Below are positions 22,216 to 36,209 of a stretch of 64,000 bases of DNA, in pieces. The notes beneath the pieces were generated by a model. The model made no database searches. It saw only the letters and a list, made by a program, of their open reading frames with translations, and was not told the DNA's origin. The translations under genes were made by a program, and so were the position numbers. Origin of the DNA: Utricularia gibba (taxonomy: Eukaryota; Plantae; Magnoliophyta); the NCBI GenBank assembly GCA_002189035.1, contig CM007990.1, positions 1,674,001-1,738,000 of the forward strand. Direction: 5' to 3'. Positions within the stretch are counted from its first letter, which is position 1. Each line of letters opens with the position of its first letter.

Positions 22216-25200
22216 AAAAAATAAAGCAAGAATCAACTGGATAGCATATATTTGCATAGTAATTTTAGAATTAATGTGTTGTTTAATGAAATTAGATGTT
22301 TTTATGTGAATGAAAAACAAGATTAAATCAATGATTTCATCCACCATAAATTTTAATGCTGATTTTTAAAGTCTTAGTGAAAATTTTCTCAAAATTATCA
22401 AATCAAGTTCTACATTTAAAATTAGTGGGATATGGATAACTTTATAAAACGAAGGAGATGTATTACATTTAAAATATCTACCAACATTAAAAAAGAAAAA
22501 TGGAAGGAGACTTTTGATAGGGGATAGAATTGATAAACACCCAAAAAAAACGGAAAGAAAAAGAGATATAGTACATACAATTGCCAAGGAAAGGAAAGAA
22601 AAAAAAGAGAAAATGAAGGTGTTTTTACATAACCCATAAGAACATTTTATCAAGGAAACAAATTTAAGAGAGATAAAGATGTGAGGAAAATGAAGAAATC
22701 ATAGAATGAGGAATAAGAGAGAGTATCTTCTTTCAATCCCAAAAATCAGGAAATCGCTTTTAAATTAATACTGTTCCAAACTAAGACCAACATCATTGGA
22801 GTAAAACTTGAGTAATTCACAATTTTCTAGATTTGAACAATTTGTTTATGCTTGTTGATTTACTTTGGTGATAGCACTTATGAACTCTTTTCTACTTTCA
22901 TTTTTTGAAGTTAGAATGTTTCAATTTTGATGAATGGTTTTTTCATGTTGTTTCCTTAATAAATTTTACTAGAAAGACATAAAATACAAATAAAAGTAGT
23001 AGAATTTCGATCGCAAAGAATTTAAATTTTATGAGAAGTGAAGTTTCTAATCTATTACAAATTATCACGGTTTTGTAAAATAGATTTAAATAAGAGAGTA
23101 GCATGCTTTAATTTGATTCTAAACTGTCTTATTCTCAATTATGTTGTTTAAGTATCATGCTTTAATTTTTTTGAAATAGCATGGAAGGAAATAGAAGTTG
23201 GTACATGCATTAACAAAGAAGTAGGTTACCTTAATCATATATTATTCTTTAGATACTATTAGAATTATGAATTTTCATTCTGAGGGCAAGTATGATTTAA
23301 ATATGAGAAAATTTGTTAAAGTATGATTTTATTATTATCTTGTGTATTTTTTATATTTAAATATGATTAACGTTCTTAGATTAAGTATATAATATAAGTT
23401 TTAGACAATCTATTTGAGCCATGGTTCGATCAGGTTAAATTTGAACCGGTATTTTAGTGGTTTGGATCTAGTTATAGTTTTTTACTTTTCTAATATTTAC
23501 CTTATGAAAATGGTTTAGAATAAATAGAAGAGATGTTATAAATGTTTGAATGTATATTAATAATTATTTGAATGAGATATGGAAGGATTAAGATGATTTT
23601 AATAAAGACTTTTAATGTAATTGCATCAAATGTTTACAGATATGCTTTTAGTTTCTATATTTTCAATATTTTGATACATTAAATTATGATTTTATAATTA
23701 TATTCTAATATTTTTAAAATATAATTAAAAATTAATTAACTTGGTAACCCATTCTAAAAAGGATTCAACTTAAAATCATAACTAAATAGTTCAATGAGTT
23801 TAACCTATTTGTAAGTTTTACTTATATTTGAGGAATTATCATTTTTATTATGTTTTACTAATTTTTTAAAAAATTTAATTATGTTTGAAATGTGTGGTTA
23901 GAGAGGTACATGTGACATAAAATTGAAAAATGAGACATTACAAGTTTTGCAAACAAGATTCTCTTCAAAAAAAACATCTTCTATGATTTTAGGAAGAACA
24001 TAGAGTATTAATGATATGCTTTGATGTGTAAGACATATTTGTAACTGACATAAAAAATGATGATTACATTATAGTATCAGATCAACATTAAAGTTCAAAA
24101 GCATTAGTAGAATTTATGGGTCAGCAAGTGTAGATAAAAGAATATTTTATCTTTTTAGTTCTTAATTGAGATTTGGATTTTTCATTTATCATTAGTTTCA
24201 ATTTCAGTTTCATGTTTTGTATGACAGTTCACGGTTAAATCCTTTGTTTCTAGGTTGAGAGACTTCTCTTTATATATTTCATGAATAATTATTTATTTCT
24301 TCCATGAATTCGATTGAGCTTCACATGTCTTTGTGTAAATACATTACAAGCTTTGTGTAATGCCCCCAATTCAAGATTTATTAGTAGTTGATCATTGCTT
24401 ACGAGTTTTAAAGAGTAGTAAAGTAAACAACACAAATTCACATCTTCTCGGGTTTCACATGTATCTGCATCAATATATTAAAGCATTTTATTTGTAACCA
24501 TACCCCAAGACACTGGACAAATGCCACCTTCATATTTGGACTATTTGATTATTGGCAATATTCTGGCATACATGTCTAATTGGATCGTAAAATTACTTCA
24601 TGGTTAGATCTTTTATCTTTTCATTTATCCAAAGAGAAGCTACATGAGTCAATTCTCATATCTTCATATCTTATTAGAAGAGAGTGTAAGAGAATGTAAG
24701 TAATTAATTATTCATATAAAAGGGCACCTAAGAGAATCAGATACAAGTAGAAATAGGATGAACATAATTGAAAATTATTCCAATCACAAGAATAATACTT
24801 TTACTTAAGATTAATTACTTAAGTTTCTTTCATTTTTTAACTTTACGATCCAGTTTACTTAAAATTGTCATGAGAACTATCGCAAAAAGAGGACGGTACT
24901 GCCACACTATAAAAACACTCCCATGCATTTGCTATGGTAATCCTTATTTAACCTATGCGTGCATTGGTAAACATTGCCTGGCCACACCATGCCATCCCAT
25001 GTGCTGCTATCTGACTCACCACCTGTATGGAAATGTAAGTGGATCAGTCCTCATACTTGTTTGCAACACTATTTCCCAACTACAAGTCGTAAGAGGAATG
25101 AAATAAAAGGAATACTGCATATTGAATGGTGTCGGGTCGTGCACTATAGCTGTCATACTACCGCCTGTGGTTATTGACATTTGGGACTATCATTTATGGA

Positions 25201-25508
25201 TACATGTGCTTTTTTCCTCTATACGAAAGCTAAAAATGTTGTATTTTGGTAATTGTATTTTCTATTTTAATTATGTTCTAAGTTTTTATATAATCACAAA
25301 TATCATCTCATCATTAATATTGTATCTTTCCAGGTATCACCATCTTAACCTACATTAGTCCTAAATTGACATCCCTATAATTCTTTCCATTATTACCAAA
25401 CATACGCATTTGAAAAAAGCATGAATGGATGATAGCTAACACAGGAAACCTGCTACGGCGTACCCTTACACTACTTTTTCAACAACACACAAAACGTACA
25501 CCTGACTT

Positions 25509-26086
25509 TTACACAACAATCTCCTTTTCATTACAGGCTATGGCTTCACCAGTAAATACCACTGCCGGCGTCATGTCCACCACAGCCGGCTTGACGTCCA
25601 CCACTACCGGCATCACGTCCACCACCGCCGGCTTGACGTCCACCCCCGCTGGCTTCACGTCCACGGCCGCCGGCTTCACGTCTACCTCCGTCGGCTCCAC
25701 GTCCACCACCGCCGGCTTGACAGGGACAACCGGAAAATCAAGAAGAAGCACTTTCTCGATGGCAGCCGAGAACGTCGTGGAGAACTCGAGGTGAAGAGGA
25801 TGAGAAACGAAGGCAGTGAAATCATCTTTGTTGTTGAACGTCATAATGAAGGCGTGCGTAAATCCCTGCCTCAGTATTCCGTGGCTCTCGGTATCCTCCC
25901 CCCTGCTCAATTCCATTAACGGCCGAAATACGATGGATGAAGGGCTGCGACGCAAAGGAAAACTAACCAGACAAAGGATTTCACGACATCCAATCGAGCC
26001 ACAAGGTCCTTCATTCCATCGAGAAGCTCATCGACGTTGGCGTCTGGTTTGAAATCCACGAGCACCAAGTGCTTGAACTCTGCCAT
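25509..26086 (-). CDS. Stress-response A/B barrel (DABB) protein, At5g22580-like, 2 exons, 170 aa, with C-terminal heptad-repeat extension
   Basis: Exons 26086-25968 and 25902-25509 (65-bp GT-AG intron). MAEFKHLVLVDFK...VVKSFVW|GEDTESHGILRQGFTHAFIMTF...HPLHLEFS...IEKVLLLDF is the DABB signature. Confidence 0.9.
25563..25709 (-). repeat. Coding minisatellite: 7 x 21 nt (consensus peptide xVDVKPA)
   Basis: VVDVEPT EVDVKPA AVDVKPA GVDVKPA VVDVMPV VVDVKPA VVDMTPA; 147 nt = 7 x 21. Confidence 0.95.
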
Positions 26087-29079
26087 TGCTTTTCTGTCCT
26101 CCCATATGGTGCTCCATCATCATTTATTTATATGGTGATCAGGTGCACACCCATCGGGGTGTGTGTGTGTGTGTTTTTTTTACATTTTATTATCATGTTT
26201 TAGTTAAGTGATAAAGTCAACAGTTGCCATTTATTTGAAATAGGTCCCCATTGAAGATTTAAATATAAATACACAAATAAAGTAAGCCAAATTCAATTAA
26301 AAAATCAATTAATTCTTTAATAGTTTATTTCATTATAAGCTCTTTATTCATATTCATATTCCACATTGATTACGTATGAAAAATGGTATATGTTTAAATA
26401 AAAGGGTAATCCTAATTTTGTATAAATCAGAGATGGGTCATTACATTTATTCTATCAAAACATGAAATCAATGTAAAATACAGAGATTCCTTTTCTTAGT
26501 CTACTAGTCCTTGTGTTGCGTTTGTGTAGTTGGAGCCTGGAGGTGGATGTGAATAAATCTCAGTCCTGGTTACGTGCTGATTTTAGGGTTAGGAGTAAAA
26601 ATGTTGAGACAGGCACGCAAAGAAAGGGGACAGGAATTGGAAGATGATGATGGAGACTGTTGCTTGTGCCCCATCCCATCGCATCCCATCGCATGTGCAG
26701 AGATCAGCAGAATTGGCGGATGGGATGATTTCGTGGGTGAGTGACACAAGTAAACCCGCCTCTCGTGAAACGCGAAAGCCTCCATCTCTTCAAGTTCTGT
26801 CTTGTAACACCTCTCTTCCGTCAACTCACAGGTTGATTGAACATCGCGCATGGGCTCACAACGGAGACAACGGATGTCCTTTCCAAATTTTAATTATATG
26901 CAGCATGTAATGAATGATTGGTGGGAGTGGGCAAAAAGTCCTCCTGCGTTTTCATCCTTCTCCCACACACCAAACCAAACCATTTTTCCTTCCTTCCGTG
27001 GGAGGGGAGGGCCGCTGGGGACTGGGCGCTCAGTTTTCAAACACCCTCTGACACATGGAAAAAGGGGGTGGAGGCGTATGAACACAACACAAGCACCGCA
27101 CCCACTTTTTCTCTATTCCAGGGAATGGTGTGGGATGCCAATTCGTCAAACGAATTATTGGTGGGGGTGCAGGTGATAGACAATAAATTATTCAGGAAGT
27201 TTTTATCCAACTGCCTGTGTCATTAATTTTATTTAATAAAATACTTGTCAATTCTTAATGATTTGTAAAATAACTGTAGATGCTTATAATATTATTAAAA
27301 TACCTACGTTTTTTAATTTTTTATATAAATTATTGTTATTAAAACAATTGAAGTTTTTTTAATTTGAATTATTTATCAATAAATAAAGTTTTATTTCAAA
27401 TATGAATATATCTAAATTTTATAAATTTAAACATTCACTTGCACATCATAGATAATGATTTTATGATTTTTATAGTATTGGGTAATTAGATATTCGAAAA
27501 AAGAAAATAATTATATATTAAACTAAAGCAAGTTTAAAAGAAAAAAAACATTCTGATTTTTTTGTACTTAAATGATTTAAGAAAAAATTAAAATAATCAT
27601 ATATTGGATTTCTTCAATAGTTGAGGATTACAATTCATTGTATAAATTGATTTATTTTTTCACTTAATCTCATTATTAGATAAACTTAAAAAATGAAATG
27701 TTATTATATAAACATAATCATTTAAAGATATTTTTGGTTTATAATGAAAAATAAGATGAACTTTTATTTAATTGATATAATTAAAAACATGACAGAAATA
27801 TTTCAAAATAAAATAAGTACTAAAACAACAATTGAAATAAAACATAAAAATAAGGGAGATATATTTCAATAACATACAAATAAAACAAAATAGGTATTTT
27901 TAAAATAAAAAAATAGAATCATAGGCATTTGCATAAAGAAAAAAATCACAAGTATTCTGGCAAAAAAAAATGCATTTCATTAAATTCCTGAAATTATTCA
28001 TTTATCTCATTTTAAAATATATCAAAAATTCATTCCCATTCCGTTACATTTTCATTGTTTTAATAGAATGTAAATATTTCTTAGTTATAATCTTCATTTT
28101 TAGAAGTAAATTCTTGAGTATGTCTTATAAAATAGCATTTTATCATTTAATTTATTTTTATTTCACATGTTTCTTTATTATTATTTTGGTTAACAAGTGA
28201 GCAATATGAATTTTTCAAGTAGGTGTCATGTTGTCCTGAGTGTAGTTGATTGTGTATTAACACAATACTTACATGAGGTGAATCCATTATTATATTTATA
28301 TTGAACATTATTATGATGGGTATAAGAGGAGACATAGATATTCTAACATAGAAAGATTTCCTAAACAAATAGATTATATTAGTACCTTGTTATACGACTT
28401 GATAGTATAACAACAGAGAACTTGTGAGTTAATATGAATGCTTTTAAGATATTATGTGGTTTTTTGGAAATTTTTTCATGTTTCAAAGTTGAGAAGTATG
28501 TTGAGTTGCTGTAGATTGTAGTCATGTTTTTAAAAATTTTAGACCATCCTAAAAAAATACCAGTCCAAAAGTATGTAATTAGAAGAAGCACTAGGACTAT
28601 GCCTCAGTGTTTTCAGCAAATACTTATAAATATTATTAGGGGCTAAAGTATTTTAGCCCATAAGTATGTAATACGGGTTAATATCGTTTAGCGAAGCCAA
28701 CTTGAGCATTAACGCGGTACCAATTGGAGGATTCAAGTACTTTTAAATATTATATTTTTTGTTTAAAATTTTTTGGTATTGTATTACAGTTGAGTGTGGA
28801 TTCCATGTCTCTAAATATATATTTATGTGGAGAATTGTGTTAAAATCATAGATAAAAGTCATATCAATATACAAGTAAAGGTAAATTATAATATAAGATA
28901 TAGATATGATAAGAAAGTAATATCAAAATGAAAAACTTTGAATAGAGAGAAAGAGAAACCATAAGATTTTATTGAATTGAAGATAGTTAGTGATTCGATA
29001 TTTCCTTCCATTAAATTCTAAAAAAAAACAGAAAAATGAAAATTATGCACAAAAAAGAGAGAGGAAGAGCAATCCTCGT

Positions 29080-29171
29080 TGGGCTTCTTATCTGAGGATT
29101 CATGGGCTGTGAGCCCATTCTGTGAGGTAATTAAGTCATGGGCCAATTAATGTTTCTCGGACAACAGCCCA
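29080..29171. promoter_or_regulatory. Cluster of Site II elements (TGGGCY) upstream of RPB8
   Basis: TGGGCT at 29080 and 29103, AGCCCA at 29112 and 29166, TGGGCC at 29139, all within ~215 bp of the ATG. Site II motifs are known TCP-bound elements of growth and housekeeping promoters. Confidence 0.55.
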
Positions 29172-29292
29172 CTGTGTTTCGTCTGCACGATTTCTCAACA
29201 GTTAGTGCATCTTCTTCACAGTCGGCTTTGCCATTGAAAAAAAAGAAAATCTTCTTCACAGTCGGCTGTCAGTTAACTAGGGCTTCTAAGGG

Positions 29293-30220
29293 ATGGTGGA
29301 GACGCTCTTCGAGGACATTTTCCGCGTGGAAGCGGTTGATCCGGATGGCAAGAAGTTCGATAAAGGTACCGATTTTCGAAATTTCCACCAACGGTCTGGC
29401 GGTTTGTTTAAATCTTTGCGACGAAGAACTGTGCTATGTAGGAAGGGTTTTCATTTGAGGAGTTGCTTATTTTTTGATTCAGTGACGCGTATATGTGCAA
29501 GGAGTGAGCAATTTGACATGCTGTTGCATCTGGATATCAATTCTGAGATATACCCCATGCGTATTGACGATAAGTTCATGATGGTACTAGCGTCCACTCT
29601 GAACCTAGATGGTACACCAGACAGTGGATATTATACTCCGGTAGCATGCCCCTTCTTGCTTTTTTATACGCAGGGTGTCATCTCTTTCATTGGTGTAGCT
29701 GGGATAGAATTAGGAGCAATGGCATTTATCACTGAACATTACTTTTTTTTTCTTTGGAGATATTGATTTAACTTTAATTTTTACTAGAAGCTGTGTTTTT
29801 TTCTATTATCAAAGTAAGACAAAAATGCATTCGAGAATCCATAAATGACCAGGACTGGTAGATAAGCAGACCACTTAGTTATTTCTCTGTAGATTTGTAA
29901 TCTTGAAGGTTGATGAAGCTGAGACTTTATTCAGGGCCACCGGAAGTCATTGGCTGACAAGTTTGACTATGTTATGCAAGGGAAGTTATATAGGATATCA
30001 GAGGAATCCAGAGAGAAGCAAGTGAAAGCGTATGTCTGGTGTTCATGAAAGACAGATTCCTTATTGTTGTTTACTGCTAATAGTGATGGTTCTTTTTAAT
30101 GGTTTCAGCGACATCTACGTTTCATTTGGTGGGCTTCTGATGATGCTGAAAGGGGATCCTTCCATTGCAGCTAGATTTGAGCTTGATCAGAGGCTCTTTA
30201 TTCTTATCAGGAAGGTGTAG
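29293..30220 (+). CDS. NRPB8: DNA-directed RNA polymerase common subunit RPB8 (RPABC3), 4 coding exons
   Basis: Exons 29293-29365, 29483-29640, 29935-30029, 30109-30220. Motifs: [59 protein letters not shown]. Confidence 0.95.
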
Positions 30221-33200
30221 TAGTCCATATCGCAAGTTTCGCGCGCATCGGCTATCTCTTTGAGGTATTTTCAAGTGGTATGTGCGTGTATTCATGATCA
30301 TGTAAGGATCCTATGTCAGCGTTTGAGCCAAGGATTTTCCCCTGACAAGCTTACAATGGTGAGAATCCTTCTGGATTTACCCTATTCATCTTTTATAAGA
30401 AGGGAGGTGTCGTCGTAGGTACTTGGCCATCCCCTTGGGCACCATGTGCTTCCATTGAAAATATAATGTTTTTTTCGACAAAATAATATTTAGTGTTGTC
30501 ATTTGGATTTTGATCATTTCAATATAGATAAGGAGAAAGGTATTCTTGGTGAGTGCTCAAAGCACCTGAGGGCATCATGTGCCTCGTTGGGGCCATCTCA
30601 TGCTCGTGTATAGTGTCATGTGGCAAGAATGATTTGAATGAAATCATGAGATTTCCAATAAAAAGGATTGACTGCCAGTCCTGCAATTGTTCATGCACAC
30701 TCCCAACACGATAGATCCCCATTGTCCCTCCGGTGTGACTCGTGTCTAGTCGCTCAATTACTTAGTGCCTCCATTTGCTACTTTGTCCCACACACCCCAT
30801 CCATCCCTTCATAGAACCAAGTAAGGTTTAGTATTCTTGTATGATTCGTACCTCGTTCAACATAATTACTACTAAGTCTCATTTCACGAGATCATTGAGC
30901 GATCATCTAGGTGAAGCACTCCCACCCATCACTTTGCATGCGAGTGGCACCCGGGCTTCATGCCTACCAACATCGTCTATCATATTGCCATGTTCATATC
31001 ACATTGTCGCTACAAGTATCAACCATAGCCCCATAATCAGTTGACCTCATTCTACTAAGCTAATGTTTGGTGTTGCCACCACGGGCGTCAACTGCAGCCC
31101 CACTCGTACAAGCTACTTTGGCCTTGTATTGCCCAGCACAATGTGCGTAGCATTGTCACCATAGACATCAATTGCAACTTCACTCGTAATGAGCTCGTTT
31201 GGTCTTGTACTAACCTGCACTAGGTGCTTAGCATTGCCGCTACGGACATCTATCACAACCTCTAATCATCGCCATTGCCCTACAGTGGGTGAAATGCCTT
31301 GCCACTATCTTGGGTGGGAACTCGCCTCGCTATCACCCCATGGTACACAACGCATCTCGACTCATCACTCACTTTCACCAAGTATCCTCCTCGTAGTTAT
31401 TCTCTCGCTCGCTTGCTTGCTCTTGAGGTACCCCTTACGTGGTTTCATCAGTTGCTCTCATGTTGCTTCATGCCTCTTGGCAACACATGTCCCTTGTTTA
31501 TACTCGGCATGGCATGTCTCACCATTCAGTGTTCTGCTGCAGGTGTCAACCCTGGGTGTACTCGAATACATTATGGGTTTTCACACGTCAATAGGAAGGC
31601 ACCACACACTACTATGGACCAACAATTTCTGGCATGCTGCCAACTCCCGTCGCAATCCTACCATCATGTCAGCTTGTCATACCCAGGTGGGTTATCCATG
31701 ATATGACATTAAAAGGGTGAGAATACATGGATCATCTAAGTTTCTTTAATCTGCATCATTACTAACTTCTGAGAAATCCAATAAATAAAATTCATTTTTC
31801 TTATATCAATTTTTAAAAAATTATGCTTTTATAAAATTATAATTAATTTCATGCAAACACAAAATTCATTGTGGATATGTGGAAATTATGTAGTTAAAAA
31901 AATAAATTTATCTACAAGTATCTTATTATAATTGTAGTTAGTATGTAAAAATTATATATTTAAAAATTGAAATTATTTATAAGTATTCAATACAATTCAA
32001 TTCATTTGTTAATTCGGTAGTGGAGTTTTTGATAAATGATTTTTATCATTAACATAAGTATGATAAATAATTTTATGCCTAAAAAAATGAATTTATTTAT
32101 AAATTATCAAAATTAGCTCATACCATTAAGAAATCTATTTAAAGAAAAAAGTTGAATCGAAAGTATTCAGAAAGATGTTCTTATGAAGAAGGTTTAAGTA
32201 TGAAGTACCTAAGAAAATATTCATTTAAAGAGAAGTCTTGGATAAAGAGTGTCTAATGAGAACTCAAAAAAGAAACACCCATGAAATCGTATAGAGAGAC
32301 ATGAGTCGAGCCCAACACCTGTAGAGCGAGGAACGTCATGCATATGAACACTGTGTAGATACTACTCAACAATAACCTTCTCAAAGATGCAAGGCCAAGG
32401 GCTAAGAGTGAGCACTGGAAGAGCAATTGAGACCCCTAGTGCTCGGATGGCATCAACTAGGGCGAGCTGCCAAATAGCTTATAGAACAAGCACTCGAATA
32501 GTTTCAAGGACAAATGCTAGAAAGGAGTACTCAAGCTATGATAAATGAAAAATCTTACAACATCGTTAAATGTAAATTTCTCCTATCAAATAAATTTATA
32601 ATTTAATACACATTCAAATATAATTTAATTATGAGCATAGTATTTAGGGTTGAACATAAAAAGCGGATGCTTGCCATGTGATTATCAATGCATGCAATCA
32701 GTATCACGTTAATAGATTTAGTCTTAACTAGGACTAAGAGAGAATTACAATAAAATACAATTAAAAAAAGTAACAAACTTGTGAACTCGGTTGTACCTAA
32801 ATGAGATGAGTGCCTTGGGACATTTAGAGTTTGTATGTTTATCACTAAAATACCCTCACATACACCAAAAATCATATATCTAACAAGCAAAAGTCTAGGT
32901 CTATCCAAACGCTAGTTTTACTCTAATCTTTGGTCTACCTCTAATTAGGGTTGTTAAGATGAGTTTCATTACTTCACCTTCTTTGATCTATCCTGATTTG
33001 TTAAGGAAATGATGTGATATATAGTTAACAAGGTCAAGTGATTGATTAGCACATTATAACCCCTTTTGCTCTAAGGCACTCTTCTAAGTGTTTAGCCACT
33101 TATAACAAATGAAAAGAAAAAGTTTTTATAGTATATCTTAAACAACATTCTGATATGGAAGTTAAACAACAGCAAATAATGCATAACATAAACAGAAAAG

Positions 33201-33790
33201 GTAAACAGTTCATGCAATAAAACTAAAACTATTCTAAGCTAGGAATTGTAATCTTCAAGAATGGAAGAAATCTTCAAAGCTTGACTTTCTGCATCATCTT
33301 CCTTCTTTTCAATGTTCTTGTGATGAGAAGATTTTTCCAGAAGTCTCTGATATTGTTTAATCGTCCTCCTCATCTTCTCTCTTTCCCATCATTTCCAAAA
33401 ATCTACTTTTTCTCTTCTTTGGGATTTGTTTATACTTCATACAGCTTTTTGCTCATACTTTCTGCGACTGCACTGTTCTTTTTCGGCTCCTTGGGATTTG
33501 AGGTGGCTGACAATCACTGCATTGCTCAAAGTAACTATTAAAAACAAAGTTGATGATTTAGTCCTAGCTAAGAATAAAACATACGACTACGGTGTTAGTC
33601 ATAAAAACATAGAAATTCATATTAGAACTCGAGTGCTGTCACAAAATATTAGATATTTTTCCACTCTTAAGCACTCAAAAATATGTATTATCAAGCTAGC
33701 ACTCAAGAGCACATTGGATGGCAAGCCAAGAATACTGTTCGATTAGGGAGGGGCTTAGGGGCACCATTATAGAACCCAGCAAGACCCTTA

Positions 33791-34040
33791 GGCCTTGTTT
33801 AATATGAAAGTATAAACTTGGTTTATAATGAATTTAATAAAATTATGTTGTTTAGTGTGTAAGTATAATTATATCAATTATATAGATATAATGATGATTA
33901 TACTCATATATTACCCTCATATATGGATATATGCATATCCAAGGAAGGGTATGGATATTTTTATACCTATATATTTGGATTTGTCTAATTCCAAATAATT
34001 TAAACCTATCAAAATCTAAATACATCAACCAAACAAAACC
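33791..34040. mobile_element. Tourist-type MITE (250 bp)
   Basis: TTA TSD both sides; TIRs GGCCTTGTTT / CCAAACAAAACC; AT-rich interior. Confidence 0.65.
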
Positions 34041-35140
34041 TTAGAGTATCCCAACATTCTAGGAGTTACGAGGCTTTTGCTAGCAAAGCGACATCTGGAT
34101 TTTCGTACTTCACCTTTGATTTACCATCTGTTACAGGTTAAAATTGATGTGTCGAACTAGGCCGATTTTCGTGTTGCAAATGGTGTCGTTTGCCTTTTTT
34201 GTCGTCTGTCCGACTGGATTGGATGGAGTGGGAGCAGGTGGGGATTTTTTTACGTAGAAACCACCGTGAGATGGAAAAACCACGGAGCAATTAGAACTCT
34301 CCAGAGAAAATGTTTACTAGACGAAGATGGAGAAAAAGGGTACAGGTGAGGAGGCTTTGGATCCAATCCCATTCCCGTCATGATTTCTTCTATTTGTAAG
34401 GAGGGAAAGGGGACCAATCCGACTGAATCATGAGCTTCGCAAGTGTCGGCTACCTTTCTGCACTTGTGCTATGATCTTGCTTTTCAGACAATCACCGCCC
34501 CTTCTGCCATGGTTCGGTTACTCTTCAGACTGAACCATACCGGTATGTCATATCCTTTAACAAATATCGATATGTCGACAGACATTATCTCATCGAAAAC
34601 CCTGCTTGACAGCCTTTTTGACAAATCGATTGTCCCCAGCCGGTTTGTATCCCATCACCATCAATGGACAATGAAAAGGTTGAACTTAGCAGTCATGACA
34701 AAGGGAGAGTTCTTATATGACATGTTATAGTTTTATTCCTTCCAAAGTGACCAATCAATGAAATTGTAGAAAAAATAGAGTGGCACTATACGGAAGGAAC
34801 CCACAATAAGTAGAACACGCTAACTAATGTAATAAGTAATTTTGTATTGTTTTATAATATATTTTTATTACTTTTTACAATTATTTTTTTTATCAATTTT
34901 GTATTCCATTTTTATTAATTTTTATTGATTTTATAAATTTTATATTAATTGCATTTTTTGAAAAGAAAAATATTTTACGGATTTTTAGATTATTTTATAT
35001 TTAATTTGAAAAGAAATTAGGCCACATAAATTGTGAACACACCTAGGCTTGGTAACATGAAGATTTGGTCATGATCCAATTGAAAATGAAGATTCAAGAC
35101 TATCTGAATTCGATATGGAAATATTCATATATTCTTGAAG

Positions 35141-35505
35141 GAAAAATTTCTTTTCTCACCAATAATTAATAAAAAAATACATTGTATAACCAATTTTCTC
35201 CATTGGTGCTACATATAATTTCTACATCATTTTTTTACATTTATTTTTCTCATGTGTATTCATAAAAATATGATAATTTATTTCTTTTTTCATTTCAAAA
35301 AATGTTATATTTAATCATTGTATTTATGCATTATTTTTTCTCTATTAATGCAAATTTGTTTTCTAAAATTATGAAAAGTAATTAATAAAATTTTAATATT
35401 TTAATATTAATTAAAATTAATAATTTGATTATATATATATATATATCACTAATGAACAAAAATTGATAATGCTATTACCAATTGTTGGTGAGAGAAATTT
35501 TTTTT
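35141..35505. mobile_element. MITE-like element with ~25-bp terminal inverted repeats
   Basis: Left AAAAATTTCTTTTCTCACCAATAATT, right AATTGTTGGTGAGAGAAATTTTT; internal (AT)n; TSD not resolved. Confidence 0.5.
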
Positions 35506-36019
35506 AATATTTTTTAAGATAAAGACATTAAAAGATATGAAGAGCTTATCTATACTTATGATATGAGTCCAAAAAGAAGATTTGATCTTTCACCCTATAA
35601 AAGACATTATTTCTTAGTCATTATAGGAATCTTTGGACTACTTTCTTAGTTTTTATTCAATTTTTGAGTCTTATTATAGATTGAGTGGTATTATGTACAT
35701 TGAACACACTATGGTTAAGAATCATAGATGAAGTCCTGATTTTGCAAGTTGCTATGTGTAATAATATTTTATTATGTTTTTATAAATATTTAATTCAAGT
35801 TTTGATTCTAATTTTCGTATTATTTTCTTTTTCAAGTGTGTTTTATATACATAATCCCACAAGAATAAGTGATAAAAACTTCAAATTGGATCGAAGTAAT
35901 TGAGACTTACGATATTAATTAGGAAATACATATTTAAATATATTTCATCCTAACTTATCTATAAGGTATGAGTAACATGTAGGCTATCACTACAATAAGA
36001 ATAACTTTCTATAAACGAT

Positions 36020-36202
36020 CAGTTATATCATATGAATTAAGAATGGTACTATAAAGGTAACACAAATAATACTATTTTAACATAATAATCCACAACGTGT
36101 GCAAATAAGAGTTTATTGTAAAAGTTGACCAGTTATATCATATAAGTCAAGAATGGTACTATAAAGATAATACAAATAATACTATTTTAGCATAATAATC
36201 CA
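36020..36202. repeat. Tandem duplication, period ~110 bp (two ~72-bp copies)
   Basis: CAGTTATATCATAT..AAGAATGGTACTATAAAG.TAA.ACAAATAATACTATTTTA.CATAATAATCCA at 36020 and 36130. Confidence 0.85.
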
Positions 36203-36209
36203 AAAAACT

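Noticed and set aside
25429-25794. 121-aa + strand ORF with TSTTAGL repeats (mucin/antifreeze-like)
   Set aside because: It is the antisense reading of the DABB coding minisatellite; the minus strand carries the recognisable domain and splice sites.
26914-26972. Hairpin-like segment resembling miR482/2118 (TTTTGCCCACTCCCACCAATC on the minus strand)
   Set aside because: Only ~16/22 matches to recalled miR482 sequences, and the duplex needs a 4-nt bulge plus several mismatches, failing plant miRNA criteria. RNAfold plus sRNA reads would be needed to revive it.
30400-33750. GC-richer non-coding blocks resembling Tat/Athila LTR or internal sequence
   Set aside because: Probably retroelement debris, but no TSD, paired LTR, PBS or coding motif could be pinned down.
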